NCBI GenBank assembly: GCA_021772455.1
Contig: JAJFLY010000003.1
Location: 7,630 to 71,629, forward strand
Direction of reading: 5' to 3'
Origin: Chlamydiota bacterium
GTDB taxonomy: Bacteria > Chlamydiota > Chlamydiia > Chlamydiales > JAAKFR01
Length of the DNA stretch: 64,000 nucleotides
Positions 17,293 through 27,761 of this stretch are shown here, in pieces (the stretch's first letter is position 1; the number at the start of each line of letters is the position of its first letter). Under the pieces are notes generated by a model that saw only the letters and a list, made by a program, of their open reading frames with translations, was not told the origin of the DNA and did not search any database. The translations under genes and the position numbers were made by a program.

Positions 17293-20108
17293 CGCAGACG
17301 ATTGGCAGGTACGAATGTCTGGAAACAGTTGGTAAAGGCGGGATGGGCGAGGTTTTGCTCGCCTACGATTCGGTTTGTGACAGGAAAATCGCAATTAAAC
17401 GGATCAGACCTGATCTTCAGCAGCACGAGATTTTGAAAAATCGCTTTTTGCGCGAAGCAACGATCACAGCTCAGCTTACCCACCCGGGTATTATCTCAAT
17501 CTATTCTATTCATCAGGAAGAGGATAATCTTTACTACACGATGCCCTATGTTGAGGGTAAGACGTTGAAGCAAATCTTGAGACAAGCGCATCATGAGACG
17601 ACAACTTCGATCCCATCGCTTCTGCAAATCTTCAAAAACATCTGCCAAACGATTGCCTACTCTCATTCTATGGGAGTTTTACACCGCGATCTAAAACCTG
17701 AAAATTTTCTGGTCGGAAATTTCGGTGAGGTGATCATTCTCGATTGGGGGCTTGCCCAAATGATTGAGGAGCCTCCTCAAGAATTGGAAGAGGAGATTAC
17801 CCATTCAGATCCGGGTTTAACAAGGCCTGGAAAGCTGGTCGGAACGGTCGCCTACATGGCTCCTGAACGGGCCCTTGGTGCGCCGGCAACAGTTCAGACC
17901 GATTTATATGCGCTGGGTGTAATTCTCTATCAAATTCTCACCCTCCACCTCCCCTTCAAACGCTCTTCGCTGAAGGAATTTTCCAAAACCTACATGCACG
18001 AAAAACTTCTAGACCCTGAGGAGATGGCCCCGTATCGCGAAGTGCCGCCTCGCCTCTCACGGATGGTCAAAAAGTGCCTCGATCCCAACCCTGCTATGCG
18101 CTACCAGACGATGGAGGAGATGATCCACGACTTGATGTGCCATATGGAGGGGCGCTCGGAATGGTTTGAGAGCGCTAAGCTCGATCCCAAGTTGAAAAAA
18201 CCGTGGGCATTTCAAGAAAATGTCCTCATCTCTAAACACATTGCCATCACACGGACAACTGAGTCAGCAGAGTGGGTAAGTGTCATGGTTTCAAAGGGGG
18301 CTTTTGCTGGAAATACACGACTTGAAACGCGCATTCGCATCGGTGAGAGTGGCGAGGGGGTCGGATTTTTGCTATGTGTCCCCGAGTCTAGCGAACGGGA
18401 GAATCCACTTGAAGGGTATTGCTTATGGATCGGATCGGACATTAGCCCTGCCGCACAGCTCTTTCGCAATACCGTTGAGGTGATGCACCAACCCGAAATT
18501 TTCCTAAAGCGAGATGAGTGGCACACGATTACAATTGAAAAGATCGATCACAACATCCACTTCTCGCTAAACGGCCAGCTGCAATTTACGTACTTGAGCT
18601 ATCTTCCCTTATTTGGAACCCATATTGGCCTCCTTGCACGTGACGATGATTTTGAGATGGAACCACTTGCCGTGCTCAGTGGAAGCCAAAATTTGCAAGT
18701 AAGCTGCCTCTCGGTTCCTGATGCCTTTTTAGCGAGCAAAGACTTCAAACGGGCCCTTACAGAATATCGCCGGATCGGCTACTCATTTCCCGGCCACACA
18801 GAAGGGCGAGAGGCGCTTTTCCGTTCTGGGATTACGCTACTCGAACAAGCGCGCACGGCACGCACGGCAAAAAAAACCGAAGAGAAATACACTCTTGCCC
18901 TTGAGGAATTTTCTAAACTCCACAATACCCCTGGAGCCCCTCTTGAATACCTTGGGAAAGCGCTCGTCTACCAATCTTTGCGCGATAATTCCGAAGAGAT
19001 CAAATGTTTGGAGCTGGGCTTGCGCCGTTATGCGAGACACCCCCTTATCAATGCGATCCGCGAACAAATCATCTACCGCATGCACGAAGCCGCGCAAATA
19101 GATCGCCACTCGGCCTACCAGTTGATCCTAATCGTCCTCCGCTTGCTTCCTGAAGTTGTCCAAAATAACGACTCCAACCGCCTCTTTAAACACCTCATTA
19201 ACCACTGGGAGACACTTCCCTTCCTCGAAAGCCCAATTGACCCCTCCCTACTCGGCAAGGAGAAGTGCAGCGAAATCCGCTTTGCGATCCCTCTTGCCTT
19301 TTGGCTCGGCGCTCCCTATATCTTCCTCGAGTTATTTCAGGAGTTAATCAAAATCAAACCGCTCGATACTGCCGCATTAGGAGACATCGTATTCTCCCTT
19401 TTTGAGCTAGGCTCATTTGGTCTTGCCAACAAGTTGATGGAAGAGGCGCATGCCCTTAAAGCTGATCTCGAAATGGAAGAGGCGACCGATTTGCAAAACC
19501 TCCTCGAAACCCTCAAACCAATTTGGGTCTGCCACACCGAATCGCTTAAAAAAGCTCTTCCCACCCAGTATGAAGATATTGGGGTTCGAAAGTTCCGTAC
19601 AATCAGCTACCTACTTCAATACGCTCTGCGCTCCGACCAGGAAGAAATCGTCCACGAAGTTGCAGCTAAAATACGACCCCTTCCCCTTGCGCGTGAAGAT
19701 CGTATCACCCTCGATGCCTATGAAATCTGGGCCTACCTCAAAGAGGCAAACTGGCACGCAGTTGAAGAGCTCTTTGATACCTACCCAATGGAGCTATTGA
19801 ACCAAGAAGGTACTCTTCTCCACTCTCTTTATGGGTGCTACCTACAGGTTACAGAAGGTGATGAGATTGCAAACATCCATTTCGCTGGGGTGATCGATAC
19901 ACCTTTTCCAAGATCGTGGGCACTTCTCGGCCATGAGCTGACCAATAAGATTACCGAATCTGTGGCGTGGTATAGCACGTCGTTTTTATGGGAGCGGCGT
20001 CGCCTTTACAGGCAAATGACTCTTTATTATCAATGTATGGATAATCCCGATCTCGAAGCGTATTACCGTCACCTCGAGCGCGAAGAGTACATCTACGTCC
20101 CTGGATAG
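17289..20108 (+). CDS. pknD: PknD-type Ser/Thr protein kinase with ~650-aa non-kinase C-terminal region
   Basis: Start at MTQTIGRYECLE. It has the Hanks motifs GKGGMGEV, AIKRI, HRDLKPENFL, DWGLA (DFG position) and AYMAPE. The long C-terminal region has helical repeat character. Confidence 0.9.
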   Translation: MTQTIGRYECLETVGKGGMGEVLLAYDSVCDRKIAIKRIRPDLQQHEILKNRFLREATITAQLTHPGIISIYSIHQEEDNLYYTMPYVEGKTLKQILRQAHHETTTSIPSLLQIFKNICQTIAYSHSMGVLHRDLKPENFLVGNFGEVIILDWGLAQMIEEPPQELEEEITHSDPGLTRPGKLVGTVAYMAPERALGAPATVQTDLYALGVILYQILTLHLPFKRSSLKEFSKTYMHEKLLDPEEMAPYREVPPRLSRMVKKCLDPNPAMRYQTMEEMIHDLMCHMEGRSEWFESAKLDPKLKKPWAFQENVLISKHIAITRTTESAEWVSVMVSKGAFAGNTRLETRIRIGESGEGVGFLLCVPESSERENPLEGYCLWIGSDISPAAQLFRNTVEVMHQPEIFLKRDEWHTITIEKIDHNIHFSLNGQLQFTYLSYLPLFGTHIGLLARDDDFEMEPLAVLSGSQNLQVSCLSVPDAFLASKDFKRALTEYRRIGYSFPGHTEGREALFRSGITLLEQARTARTAKKTEEKYTLALEEFSKLHNTPGAPLEYLGKALVYQSLRDNSEEIKCLELGLRRYARHPLINAIREQIIYRMHEAAQIDRHSAYQLILIVLRLLPEVVQNNDSNRLFKHLINHWETLPFLESPIDPSLLGKEKCSEIRFAIPLAFWLGAPYIFLELFQELIKIKPLDTAALGDIVFSLFELGSFGLANKLMEEAHALKADLEMEEATDLQNLLETLKPIWVCHTESLKKALPTQYEDIGVRKFRTISYLLQYALRSDQEEIVHEVAAKIRPLPLAREDRITLDAYEIWAYLKEANWHAVEELFDTYPMELLNQEGTLLHSLYGCYLQVTEGDEIANIHFAGVIDTPFPRSWALLGHELTNKITESVAWYSTSFLWERRRLYRQMTLYYQCMDNPDLEAYYRHLEREEYIYVPG

Positions 20109-20110
20109 GT

Positions 20111-21019
20111 CTATAGCTTATAGCAAGCTCCCACACCATAGTTCGGAGATTGAGCAAAGGGGTCGACTAGCGCCGGTGAGCCCCCTCTGATCGCAAGATG
20201 TTGACTTAAGAAATCCTCGTAGCCAGAGAGATCGCCGTCGTGTACGACGTCTCGCGAAATTTGGGTCTTTGATCGATCATTGTAATCTGGATTGCTTTGA
20301 GAAGTTACCACAAACAAAGTCAAGAGCTCTAAGAAAGAGGGAACAGCAAATCCCAAATCATTTACACTCTCCTTTAGACTTTCAGAATTTAACCCCTGAA
20401 TACCTTTGATGGGCCTATCTGAAATCAAAAGATTGTACGTTTCACCAACAGATGGATCTCCCTCTTCTTTTATTGCTTTCTCAAGGACGTCATGAAAATT
20501 AGTGTTATCCTTTAGCCCATTTTCTACTATAATATTTCTGAGGATTTCTAGGTTAAGTCCCTTTGGTATTGTGAGTCTGGTAGCACTCTCTCCTGTCAGC
20601 CGGAGGAACTTTTTCTCATGAAATTCCAAGTGAGCCGGATCGATCGGAGGTGCATCATAGATTGGAAATTTAAGTTTTTTCCACACCTCGACATCAAAAA
20701 TGACAGGATCGTTAGATACAGATCCTGAGTCCCTCTTCCGCACTTCAGGAGCCATAGGCGAAGGAGGTTCAGGCAGCGTTTCTTCAGGAGGTTCAGGCTG
20801 TTTGTTCTGATTGGTAATCCAAATAAGATCCAAAATTAAAGCAAAAACTGAGAATCCTATAAGGGGAGTGAAACTAACAATCCCACCAAAATGTGCACCT
20901 GAGGAGACAAGTCCAATAGCAGCAAGGGCAATTGCTGTGATCGGTACGACACAGACAGCTGCAGGAATAATCCTGCTTTGAGAAAAAGGAAATGAATCGG
21001 ATAAATCTTTAATAGACAC
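20111..21019 (-). CDS. Inc-like membrane protein (N-terminal bilobed hydrophobic domain, Pro-rich linker, unknown C-terminal domain)
   Basis: The helices IIPAAVCVVPITAIALAAIGLVS and GGIVSFTPLIGFSVFALILDLIWI are separated by SGAHF. A linker QPEPPEETLPEPPSPMAPE follows, then a ~200-aa domain with no recognised motif. Confidence 0.6.
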   Translation of the reverse strand: MSIKDLSDSFPFSQSRIIPAAVCVVPITAIALAAIGLVSSGAHFGGIVSFTPLIGFSVFALILDLIWITNQNKQPEPPEETLPEPPSPMAPEVRKRDSGSVSNDPVIFDVEVWKKLKFPIYDAPPIDPAHLEFHEKKFLRLTGESATRLTIPKGLNLEILRNIIVENGLKDNTNFHDVLEKAIKEEGDPSVGETYNLLISDRPIKGIQGLNSESLKESVNDLGFAVPSFLELLTLFVVTSQSNPDYNDRSKTQISRDVVHDGDLSGYEDFLSQHLAIRGGSPALVDPFAQSPNYGVGACYKL

Positions 21020-21131
21020 ACTAATGTTTTAATTCATCTCTGGAAATTTCTCAATTTGAAACTTTTTTTTAGTAGTTTTGGCTCACAGAGTTCTTTTCCT
21101 CGAATCATATTTTTTGTATACTGTTTGGCCT

Positions 21132-23927
21132 ATGGATAAAGCTTACGATGCAAAAAAGATCGATGCCAAGTGGTATCAATTTTGGGAAGATGGAAATTTT
21201 TTCCAGGCAAACGCCTCTTCCGACAAACCTCCTTACACAATTGTGATGCCTCCGCCCAATGTGACGGGTGTGTTGCATATGGGACATGCGCTTGTCAATT
21301 CGCTGCAGGACATTTTAATCCGATGGAAGCGGATGAGCGGCTATGAAGCTCTTTGGCTTCCCGGGACTGATCACGCGGGAATAGCCACACAAACGGTCGT
21401 CGAGCGCCATTTGATTGCGACGCAAAATAAACGGCGTAAAGATTATGCGCGCGAAGATTTTCTCAAAATTGTTTGGGAGTGGAAAGAAAAAAGCGAGTCG
21501 ACAATTCTCAATCAGCTAAAACGACTTGGCTCTTCGTGCGACTGGTCCCGTTTACGTTTTACGATGGATGATGGATGCAACCGAGCTGTTCGCACTGTTT
21601 TTAAGAAGCTTTTTGATGCTGGTTTGATCCATCGAGGCGACTATCTGGTCAATTGGGATCCGATCACCCAAACAGCGCTCGCTGACGATGAGGTGGAGTA
21701 TGAAGAGCGGGAATCGCACCTCTGGTATTTTAAGTACCACCTTGTGGATGGATCCGACTATATTCGTATTGCAACAACACGCCCTGAGACTATGTTAGGT
21801 GACACAGCCATAGCTGTTTCTCCGAGCGATCCACGCTATAGCGCTCTTATTGGAAAAAAGGTCCGCCTCCCTATTCTCGATCGTGAAATTCCGATTATTG
21901 CCGATCACCATGTCAATCCTGAGTTTGGAACGGGCGCGGTCAAAATTACCCCAGCTCACGATCCCAATGATTATCGGATGGGAATCGAGCATGAGCTTGA
22001 GATGATCAATATCCTCACTCCCGATGGTTTTATCAACGAAAATGGGGGGCCATTTGTCGGATTAGGGCGTGAAGAGGCGCGTGAAGCTGTTGTCAAGCAG
22101 ATGAAAAGTTTGGGGCTTCTCGATAAAATTGAGCCGCATACCTTGCGCGTCGGCGTCTCATACCGTTCTAAAGCAGTTATCGAACCCTATCTTTCCAAGC
22201 AGTGGTTTGTGAAGATGAGCCCCTTTGTAAAACCTCTTCAGGAGGCGGTTGAAGGGGAAAAGGTGAAGATTCTCCCCAAATCATGGGAGAGCACCTATTT
22301 CCATTGGGTCAACAACTTGCGCGATTGGTGCATTAGCCGCCAACTTTGGTGGGGACACCGTATTCCAGTTTGGTACCGCAAAGATGACCCCAAGCAGGTG
22401 ATCTGTCATGATGGAGAGGGTATTCCTGAAGAAGTGGCTCAAAACCCCGATGCATGGGAGCAAGATCCCGATGTTCTTGACACATGGTTCTCGTCATCAC
22501 TTTGGCCCTTTAGCACACTTGGCTGGCCCGATAAGACTCCCGATTTAGAGAAATTTTATCCCACAAATGTACTTGTGACAGGCCACGACATCATCTTTTT
22601 CTGGGTGGCGCGCATGGTGATGATGGGAGATGAGATCATGGGAGAAGCCCCCTTCGCCGAGACCTTTTTACACGGCCTAATCTATGGAAAGTCGTATTGG
22701 CGTGAAAATCCTGAGGGTGGAATCACCTATGTGACTGGAGATGAAAAACGTGAGTACGATCTTGGAAAGCAACCTCCAAAAGGGGTTATCTCCAAGTGGG
22801 AAAAACTTTCTAAATCCAAGGGCAATGTCATCGACCCGCTCGAGATGATCGAAGAGTATGGAACCGATGCTGTGCGTATGTCGCTTTGTGCGTGTGCCAA
22901 CCAATCCCCTCAGATCGATCTTGACCGGAGACGTTTTGAAGAGTTTAAGAATTTTGCAAACAAGGTTTGGAACGGAGCCCGTTTTGTCTTCATGAACCTT
23001 GAAGATCTCACATCTGAAGCCCTCTCAGAGGGGCTCGACGAGTCACTCCTTTCCCTTGAAGACCGGTGGATTCTTTCGGCGCTTAATCGAATTAATTTGG
23101 AGATTAACCAAAATCTCGAGAACTACCAGTTTGATCAAGCAGCAATGACTGCCTACGACTTTTTCTGGAAAGAGTTTTGCGCCTACTACGTCGAGATCTC
23201 AAAGCCCATTCTCTTTGGAAAAGTGGGAACACCTGCCGAGCGGCAAAACAAGCAAAAAGTGCTTCTTATTGTCCTACTAAACAGCATCCGCCTCCTCCAC
23301 CCAATGGCTCCCTTCATTACCGAAGAGTTGTTTCAGAGTTTAAAAGAGCGCTTTCCAAATCTCGAAATAAAGCAAACCGATCCCTACACCAAAGAGGCAA
23401 TCGAAGCGCTTTTATCTCCAGCTTGTGTTGTTGCGCCCTATCCAAAGGCTATCCGCCCCTCCGATATGCTACCCGAGGTAGAAAAGCAATTTGCGACCCT
23501 TGAGAAGATCATCTACACCGTACGCAATATTCGTGGTGAGATGAAAATTCCCCCTCAGATTGCGACCGACGTCTATCTAATTGGAAAGGGGCTCGAAAAG
23601 CAACTCAATATCATCCACGCCCTTGTGAAAGCTGATAAAGTGGAGATGGTTGATAAAGCCCCAAATCAAGGTTTTTACGCGACGGGGATCGTCGAAGATT
23701 TCACTGTGATCGTTCCTCTTCCAAAAGAGCTTGCCGAAAAGGAACGCGAGCGCCTTGAAAAGGAGTTAGAGAAAGCAGCGCAAAATAGCGAGCGCATTCA
23801 GAAGCTTTTATCGAATCCAGATTTCCTAGAAAAGGCGAAACCAGAGCTTATAGAGAAGCAAAAAGAGAGCTTGCGACAAGCAAAGCTTAGTCAGCAAGAG
23901 ATCCAGAAAAAGCTAGCGCAGCTATAA
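21132..23927 (+). CDS. valS: valine--tRNA ligase
   Basis: Start at MDKAYDAKKIDAKWYQFWE. It has the HIGH-type motif GVLHMGHAL and the KMSKS-type motif KLSKSKGN. A C-terminal coiled coil is present. Confidence 0.95.
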   Translation: MDKAYDAKKIDAKWYQFWEDGNFFQANASSDKPPYTIVMPPPNVTGVLHMGHALVNSLQDILIRWKRMSGYEALWLPGTDHAGIATQTVVERHLIATQNKRRKDYAREDFLKIVWEWKEKSESTILNQLKRLGSSCDWSRLRFTMDDGCNRAVRTVFKKLFDAGLIHRGDYLVNWDPITQTALADDEVEYEERESHLWYFKYHLVDGSDYIRIATTRPETMLGDTAIAVSPSDPRYSALIGKKVRLPILDREIPIIADHHVNPEFGTGAVKITPAHDPNDYRMGIEHELEMINILTPDGFINENGGPFVGLGREEAREAVVKQMKSLGLLDKIEPHTLRVGVSYRSKAVIEPYLSKQWFVKMSPFVKPLQEAVEGEKVKILPKSWESTYFHWVNNLRDWCISRQLWWGHRIPVWYRKDDPKQVICHDGEGIPEEVAQNPDAWEQDPDVLDTWFSSSLWPFSTLGWPDKTPDLEKFYPTNVLVTGHDIIFFWVARMVMMGDEIMGEAPFAETFLHGLIYGKSYWRENPEGGITYVTGDEKREYDLGKQPPKGVISKWEKLSKSKGNVIDPLEMIEEYGTDAVRMSLCACANQSPQIDLDRRRFEEFKNFANKVWNGARFVFMNLEDLTSEALSEGLDESLLSLEDRWILSALNRINLEINQNLENYQFDQAAMTAYDFFWKEFCAYYVEISKPILFGKVGTPAERQNKQKVLLIVLLNSIRLLHPMAPFITEELFQSLKERFPNLEIKQTDPYTKEAIEALLSPACVVAPYPKAIRPSDMLPEVEKQFATLEKIIYTVRNIRGEMKIPPQIATDVYLIGKGLEKQLNIIHALVKADKVEMVDKAPNQGFYATGIVEDFTVIVPLPKELAEKERERLEKELEKAAQNSERIQKLLSNPDFLEKAKPELIEKQKESLRQAKLSQQEIQKKLAQL

Positions 23928-24141
23928 ATTTTTATACTGCTCCGTTGCGATAAAGTCTTCAGCATCCTCTTTTTTTTCGAAATAGAAGTGGCTAAGCTCA
24001 ATTGAATCTGGACCTCTATAAAACACACCTGTGTATTCATACTCCAATGACTGAAAGGCTTGCACTTTAAAAGTATGGATCCCGTACTGCCTTGAAGCAA
24101 GGCCTACAAATTGATGACATAAAAATTTCCTGTTATTTCCT

Positions 24142-24663
24142 TTAATCGCCTACTGCCGGTGGAATTCCAACCTCTTGAAGTTCGCACCCTTCGATGAATT
24201 GATTAATATCTTCTTCTCTGAGAGAATACCCGCTCACTAAGAAGTCGATTCCAATAATCTTATAAAATAAGACCGTACATAGACGCTCTTTTTCAAGGTA
24301 TGGTGCGAGCTTGAATTGAAACCGCATACAGGATCCGGGCTCCACATCGACCACATGTGAATTGTAGATCTGTTGGATTTTTATATTTAGCTCCATACGG
24401 TTTACCAACCCCGCGCGTACCATATCTCTTTTATCTTCATCAACGTAAAAGCAAAAGAAAATCCCCTCTTCATCAAAGCATTTTATCCCATACGCAATAT
24501 TGCCGTTATGTAGTTGAGCATCACACATCACATACTCGCCCGGAAAAATTTTTTGACATCCCCATGCCAATACGTTTCTCCAATCGATTGGATCTAACTG
24601 ACCAGCGATATAGTTGATTGGATAAACAATCTGGTTATCACCAATCTGTATAGGATTAGCCAT
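24142..24663 (-). CDS. hypothetical protein
   Basis: 173-aa ORF, 13 nt downstream of the symporter gene on the same strand. No motif was recognised. Confidence 0.5.
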   Translation of the reverse strand: MANPIQIGDNQIVYPINYIAGQLDPIDWRNVLAWGCQKIFPGEYVMCDAQLHNGNIAYGIKCFDEEGIFFCFYVDEDKRDMVRAGLVNRMELNIKIQQIYNSHVVDVEPGSCMRFQFKLAPYLEKERLCTVLFYKIIGIDFLVSGYSLREEDINQFIEGCELQEVGIPPAVGD

Positions 24664-24676
24664 ATCAACTTGTGAT

Positions 24677-26038
24677 TTATAATTTCAGCTCCTCTTGAGC
24701 CACTTTATCAAAGAAGACGCGCGTTTCAGAGACAACAATGCCAGAAAGGGCAACGATTCCAATGAGGTTTGGCAGAGCCATAAAAGCATTTGCAATGTCG
24801 GCCAGTGCCCAGACCATTTCGACTGGAATGGCAACTCCAAATAAGACGATGATCGAGAAGATCAATCTATAGAAAAAAATCGAGCGCGTACCAAAAAGAT
24901 ACTCGCAACATTTCTCTCCGTAGTAAGCCCATCCAACAATTGTCGAGTAACCGAAAAGGATACTTCCGAGGACGACGATCCAGCCACCGTAGGGAAAGGC
25001 GGCATTGAAGGCGGCAATTGTCAAGGGCGCGCCATTGAGAACAGTACCATCGGCACCAATCCCTCCAAGTACGTGAGTCACTGCGATTGCAAGCCCCGTA
25101 AATGTGCAGACAACCGTAGAGAGAAAGGCCCCTGTCATCGAGATCAAGGCTTGCCGCCCTGGTAAATCTGTTTTAGCAGAAGCAGCGGCTATTGGAGAGC
25201 TTCCAAGCCCTGATTCATTCGAGAATACCCCTCTGGAAACTCCCATTTGGACAGCTAACATAATCGTTGAACCGGCAAACCCACCGACCGCTGCCTGGCC
25301 GGTAAAGGCAGTGGAGAAAATCAAGCTAAACGCTTCGGGAATATAGGCATATTTTATAACCAAAACCAGAAAACTTCCCACGACATAGAAAACTGCCATA
25401 AACGGAACGAGGAATGAGGTGACCCCTCCAATCGATTTAATCCCACCGATTAGGACAAGTCCTGTGCATACGGCCAAAATCGCACCTGAAATCCACACGT
25501 TCACACCAAAAGAGGTTGAAACAGCCGAAGCAATTGAGTTTGATTGGACAAGATTTCCAGTAAATAAGGTAGTCAGACCTCCGAAAAAGGCAAAGGCAAC
25601 TGCGAGCCACTTCCATCCAAGCCCTTGCTCGATGTAATACATCGGGCCGCCGGCCATTTCACCGCGGTCGTCGACGATGCGGTATTTGATCGCCAAAATC
25701 GCTTCACTATATTTCGTGGCCATCCCGATAAGAGCTGTAATCCAGAGCCAAAAAAGGGCGCCGAGCCCTCCCATCGCAATGGCAGTGGCAACACCGGCAA
25801 TGTTACCGATTCCAATGGTCGCAGCTAATGCTGTCATCAACGCCTGAAAGTGGGAGATATCCCCTTCTGCATCGTCGTCATGTCGGGTAAAAGCGAGTTT
25901 GAGGGAGTAGAGGAGATAGCGAAATTGTAAACCGCGTAAGCGATAGGTAAGAAAGAGTCCAGTGCCAACAAGAACGACAAAAAGCGGCTGCCAGACCCAC
26001 GCATCGATTCTATTAAGCCAATAAATAAGAGTTTCCAT
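24677..26038 (-). CDS. alanine/glycine:cation symporter (AGCS family)
   Basis: It is a multi-TM protein. Start taken at METLIYWLNRIDAWVWQPLFVVLVGTGLFLTYRL, which matches the usual AGCS N-terminus. The SNESGLGS motif is present. Confidence 0.85.
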   Translation of the reverse strand: METLIYWLNRIDAWVWQPLFVVLVGTGLFLTYRLRGLQFRYLLYSLKLAFTRHDDDAEGDISHFQALMTALAATIGIGNIAGVATAIAMGGLGALFWLWITALIGMATKYSEAILAIKYRIVDDRGEMAGGPMYYIEQGLGWKWLAVAFAFFGGLTTLFTGNLVQSNSIASAVSTSFGVNVWISGAILAVCTGLVLIGGIKSIGGVTSFLVPFMAVFYVVGSFLVLVIKYAYIPEAFSLIFSTAFTGQAAVGGFAGSTIMLAVQMGVSRGVFSNESGLGSSPIAAASAKTDLPGRQALISMTGAFLSTVVCTFTGLAIAVTHVLGGIGADGTVLNGAPLTIAAFNAAFPYGGWIVVLGSILFGYSTIVGWAYYGEKCCEYLFGTRSIFFYRLIFSIIVLFGVAIPVEMVWALADIANAFMALPNLIGIVALSGIVVSETRVFFDKVAQEELKL

Positions 26039-26099
26039 ATCAATGGGAAGGGTTATAATCATTGAAAAAATTGCTGTCAAGTTGTTACTGTTACTACTT

Positions 26100-27155
26100 A
26101 TGACAATAGTTTCCCTGACACCGGAAGAGCTCGACCATCATCTTCCGACGCCAAAACAGCTTCAGGAAGAAATTCCACTTACCGAAGAGAACGCTGCTTT
26201 TATTGCAGCCACTCGCGCTTCGATTCAAAAGATTTTGGACGGCTTAGATTCACGCAAACTCCTCATTGTCGGCCCCTGCTCCATTCACAATGTCGAGGCG
26301 GCGGAGGAATATGCAGCCAAGTTTCGCGATCTTTCAGAAGAGGTGTCTAAGCAATTCTTAATGGTAATGCGTACCTATGTTGAGAAGCCGCGCTCGATTA
26401 TTGGCTGGAAAGGCTTGCTTTACGATCCCAACCTCGATGGATCGCACGATCTCTCCAAAGGGATCCGTTTAACGCGCCGCCTTTTGGCAAACCTTACGGA
26501 CATGCGCGTTCCAGTGGCAAGTGAACTGCTCGAATTGACAACATCTCCCTACTATTCAGATTTCCTCTCTTGGGGATGTATCGGCGCGCGTACAAGCTCC
26601 TCCCCTCCCCATAGACAGCTAGCAGCGAGCTTGGATTTTCCAATGGGCTTTAAAAACTCTACGGATGGCTGCATCGACAATGCGGTCCATGGGATCATCT
26701 CAGCTGGAACCCCTCACGCCTTTTTAGGTTTTTCCTCTACTGGAAAGTTGAGCCGGATTGAGTGTGAAGGGAACAAACTGTGTCATATCGTATTGCGAGG
26801 CGGCTATAACGGCCCAAATTACAATCCAAAAGCGATCATGAGCACGGTTGAACGGTGTGAGGAGGCTGGAGTTCGGAATAAATTGGTGATCGATTGTTCA
26901 CACGATAATTGTGAAAAGAGGCACCTCAAGCAGGTCTCAGCCTTTCAAGCGGTGATCGATCAGATTGCAGAAGGGAATGAAGCGATTGCAGGGTTGATGC
27001 TTGAAAGCAATCTTCTTGGGGGTTCTCAGCCTATTTCTTCAAGTTTGCGCTACGGTGTTTCGATCACTGACCCATGTCTCGATTGGGAGACGACACGGCG
27101 TGCCATTCTCCAAGCTGCTTCTAAATTAGAGTCTGGAGCCCTTTGCTTACTCTAA
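26100..27155 (+). CDS. aroG: 3-deoxy-7-phosphoheptulonate (DAHP) synthase, class I
   Basis: Start at MTIVSLTPEEL, which avoids overlap with the divergent symporter gene. It has GPCSIHN, EKPRSIIGWKGL, IGARTSSS, FKNSTDG and DCSHDN motifs. Confidence 0.9.
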   Translation: MTIVSLTPEELDHHLPTPKQLQEEIPLTEENAAFIAATRASIQKILDGLDSRKLLIVGPCSIHNVEAAEEYAAKFRDLSEEVSKQFLMVMRTYVEKPRSIIGWKGLLYDPNLDGSHDLSKGIRLTRRLLANLTDMRVPVASELLELTTSPYYSDFLSWGCIGARTSSSPPHRQLAASLDFPMGFKNSTDGCIDNAVHGIISAGTPHAFLGFSSTGKLSRIECEGNKLCHIVLRGGYNGPNYNPKAIMSTVERCEEAGVRNKLVIDCSHDNCEKRHLKQVSAFQAVIDQIAEGNEAIAGLMLESNLLGGSQPISSSLRYGVSITDPCLDWETTRRAILQAASKLESGALCLL

Positions 27156-27224
27156 TCTGCTCGATGAGCGAATGTCTATTCTTGCATCAATCGCATCGAA
27201 TACATGTTTTGATTTCCAATAAAT

Positions 27225-27297
27225 TAACCACAGAGCACAAAGAAGAAACTGGACCACGCGAAGCGCTTCTGAGTGCTCTATGGTGGTTATTCTTTTT
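27225..27297 (+). terminator. probable rho-independent terminator after aroG (possibly bidirectional)
   Basis: The left arm TAACCACAGAGCAC (27225-27238) pairs with GTGCTCT (27273-27279) plus GTGGTTA (27283-27289), with a 3-nt bulge. It is followed by TTCTTTTT. It lies between convergent genes. Confidence 0.5.
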
Positions 27298-27350
27298 GTA
27301 AAATGTTGCAGCCATGAACGTCCAAGCAATCAAGACATTCTCCAAAAACA

Positions 27351-27761
27351 CTAAATTTGGATGAGGTCGACCCAAAGCGAATGCTTCCAGTCATAAAGAG
27401 GCTCACCGTCCTGATAAAGAACCGCCTTAAATGAGACAATCCCTTCCCTACACCAGTACTCATCATTGATCAGACGATAGATGTGATGGCCTCGAGAACG
27501 GGTTATGGGCCAAGAAAAGATCGCATCCTCGCGCGAGCCATACCGTACATGTAAGACGAGCTCAAGTGGCAAGCAGGGATGCGGGACGTTCCACTGCATC
27601 ACAACTTGCTGACCTAAAAAGCATGCGTTGCACGGATCGGGTGTTCCAACGTTGGTGCTTGCCAAATAGTCGGGGTAAAGAGCTTCCGTACGGCATTGGA
27701 GTGGGGCGCGGTGACATCCTACAAAAAGCAGAGCCACCGCACTTAAAAATAACAACCGCAT
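27351..27761 (-). CDS. putative lipoprotein, last gene of the V-ATPase operon
   Basis: Start taken at MRLLFLSAVALLFVGCHRA (signal plus lipobox-like FVGC). Its ATG overlaps the atpK stop by 1 nt (TAATG at 27759-27763). The longer tracked ORF (to 27887) would run through atpK. Confidence 0.6.
   Translation of the reverse strand: MRLLFLSAVALLFVGCHRAPLQCRTEALYPDYLASTNVGTPDPCNACFLGQQVVMQWNVPHPCLPLELVLHVRYGSREDAIFSWPITRSRGHHIYRLINDEYWCREGIVSFKAVLYQDGEPLYDWKHSLWVDLIQI

Noticed and set aside
23891-24100. 69-aa minus-strand ORF downstream of valS
   Set aside because: It overlaps the valS 3' end. The translation is low-complexity, there is no start context, and it lies in a convergent intergenic region.
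27147-27375. Two ~60-aa minus-strand ORFs between aroG and the V-ATPase operon
   Set aside because: They span the predicted terminator hairpin and overlap both neighbouring genes' ends. No supporting features were seen.
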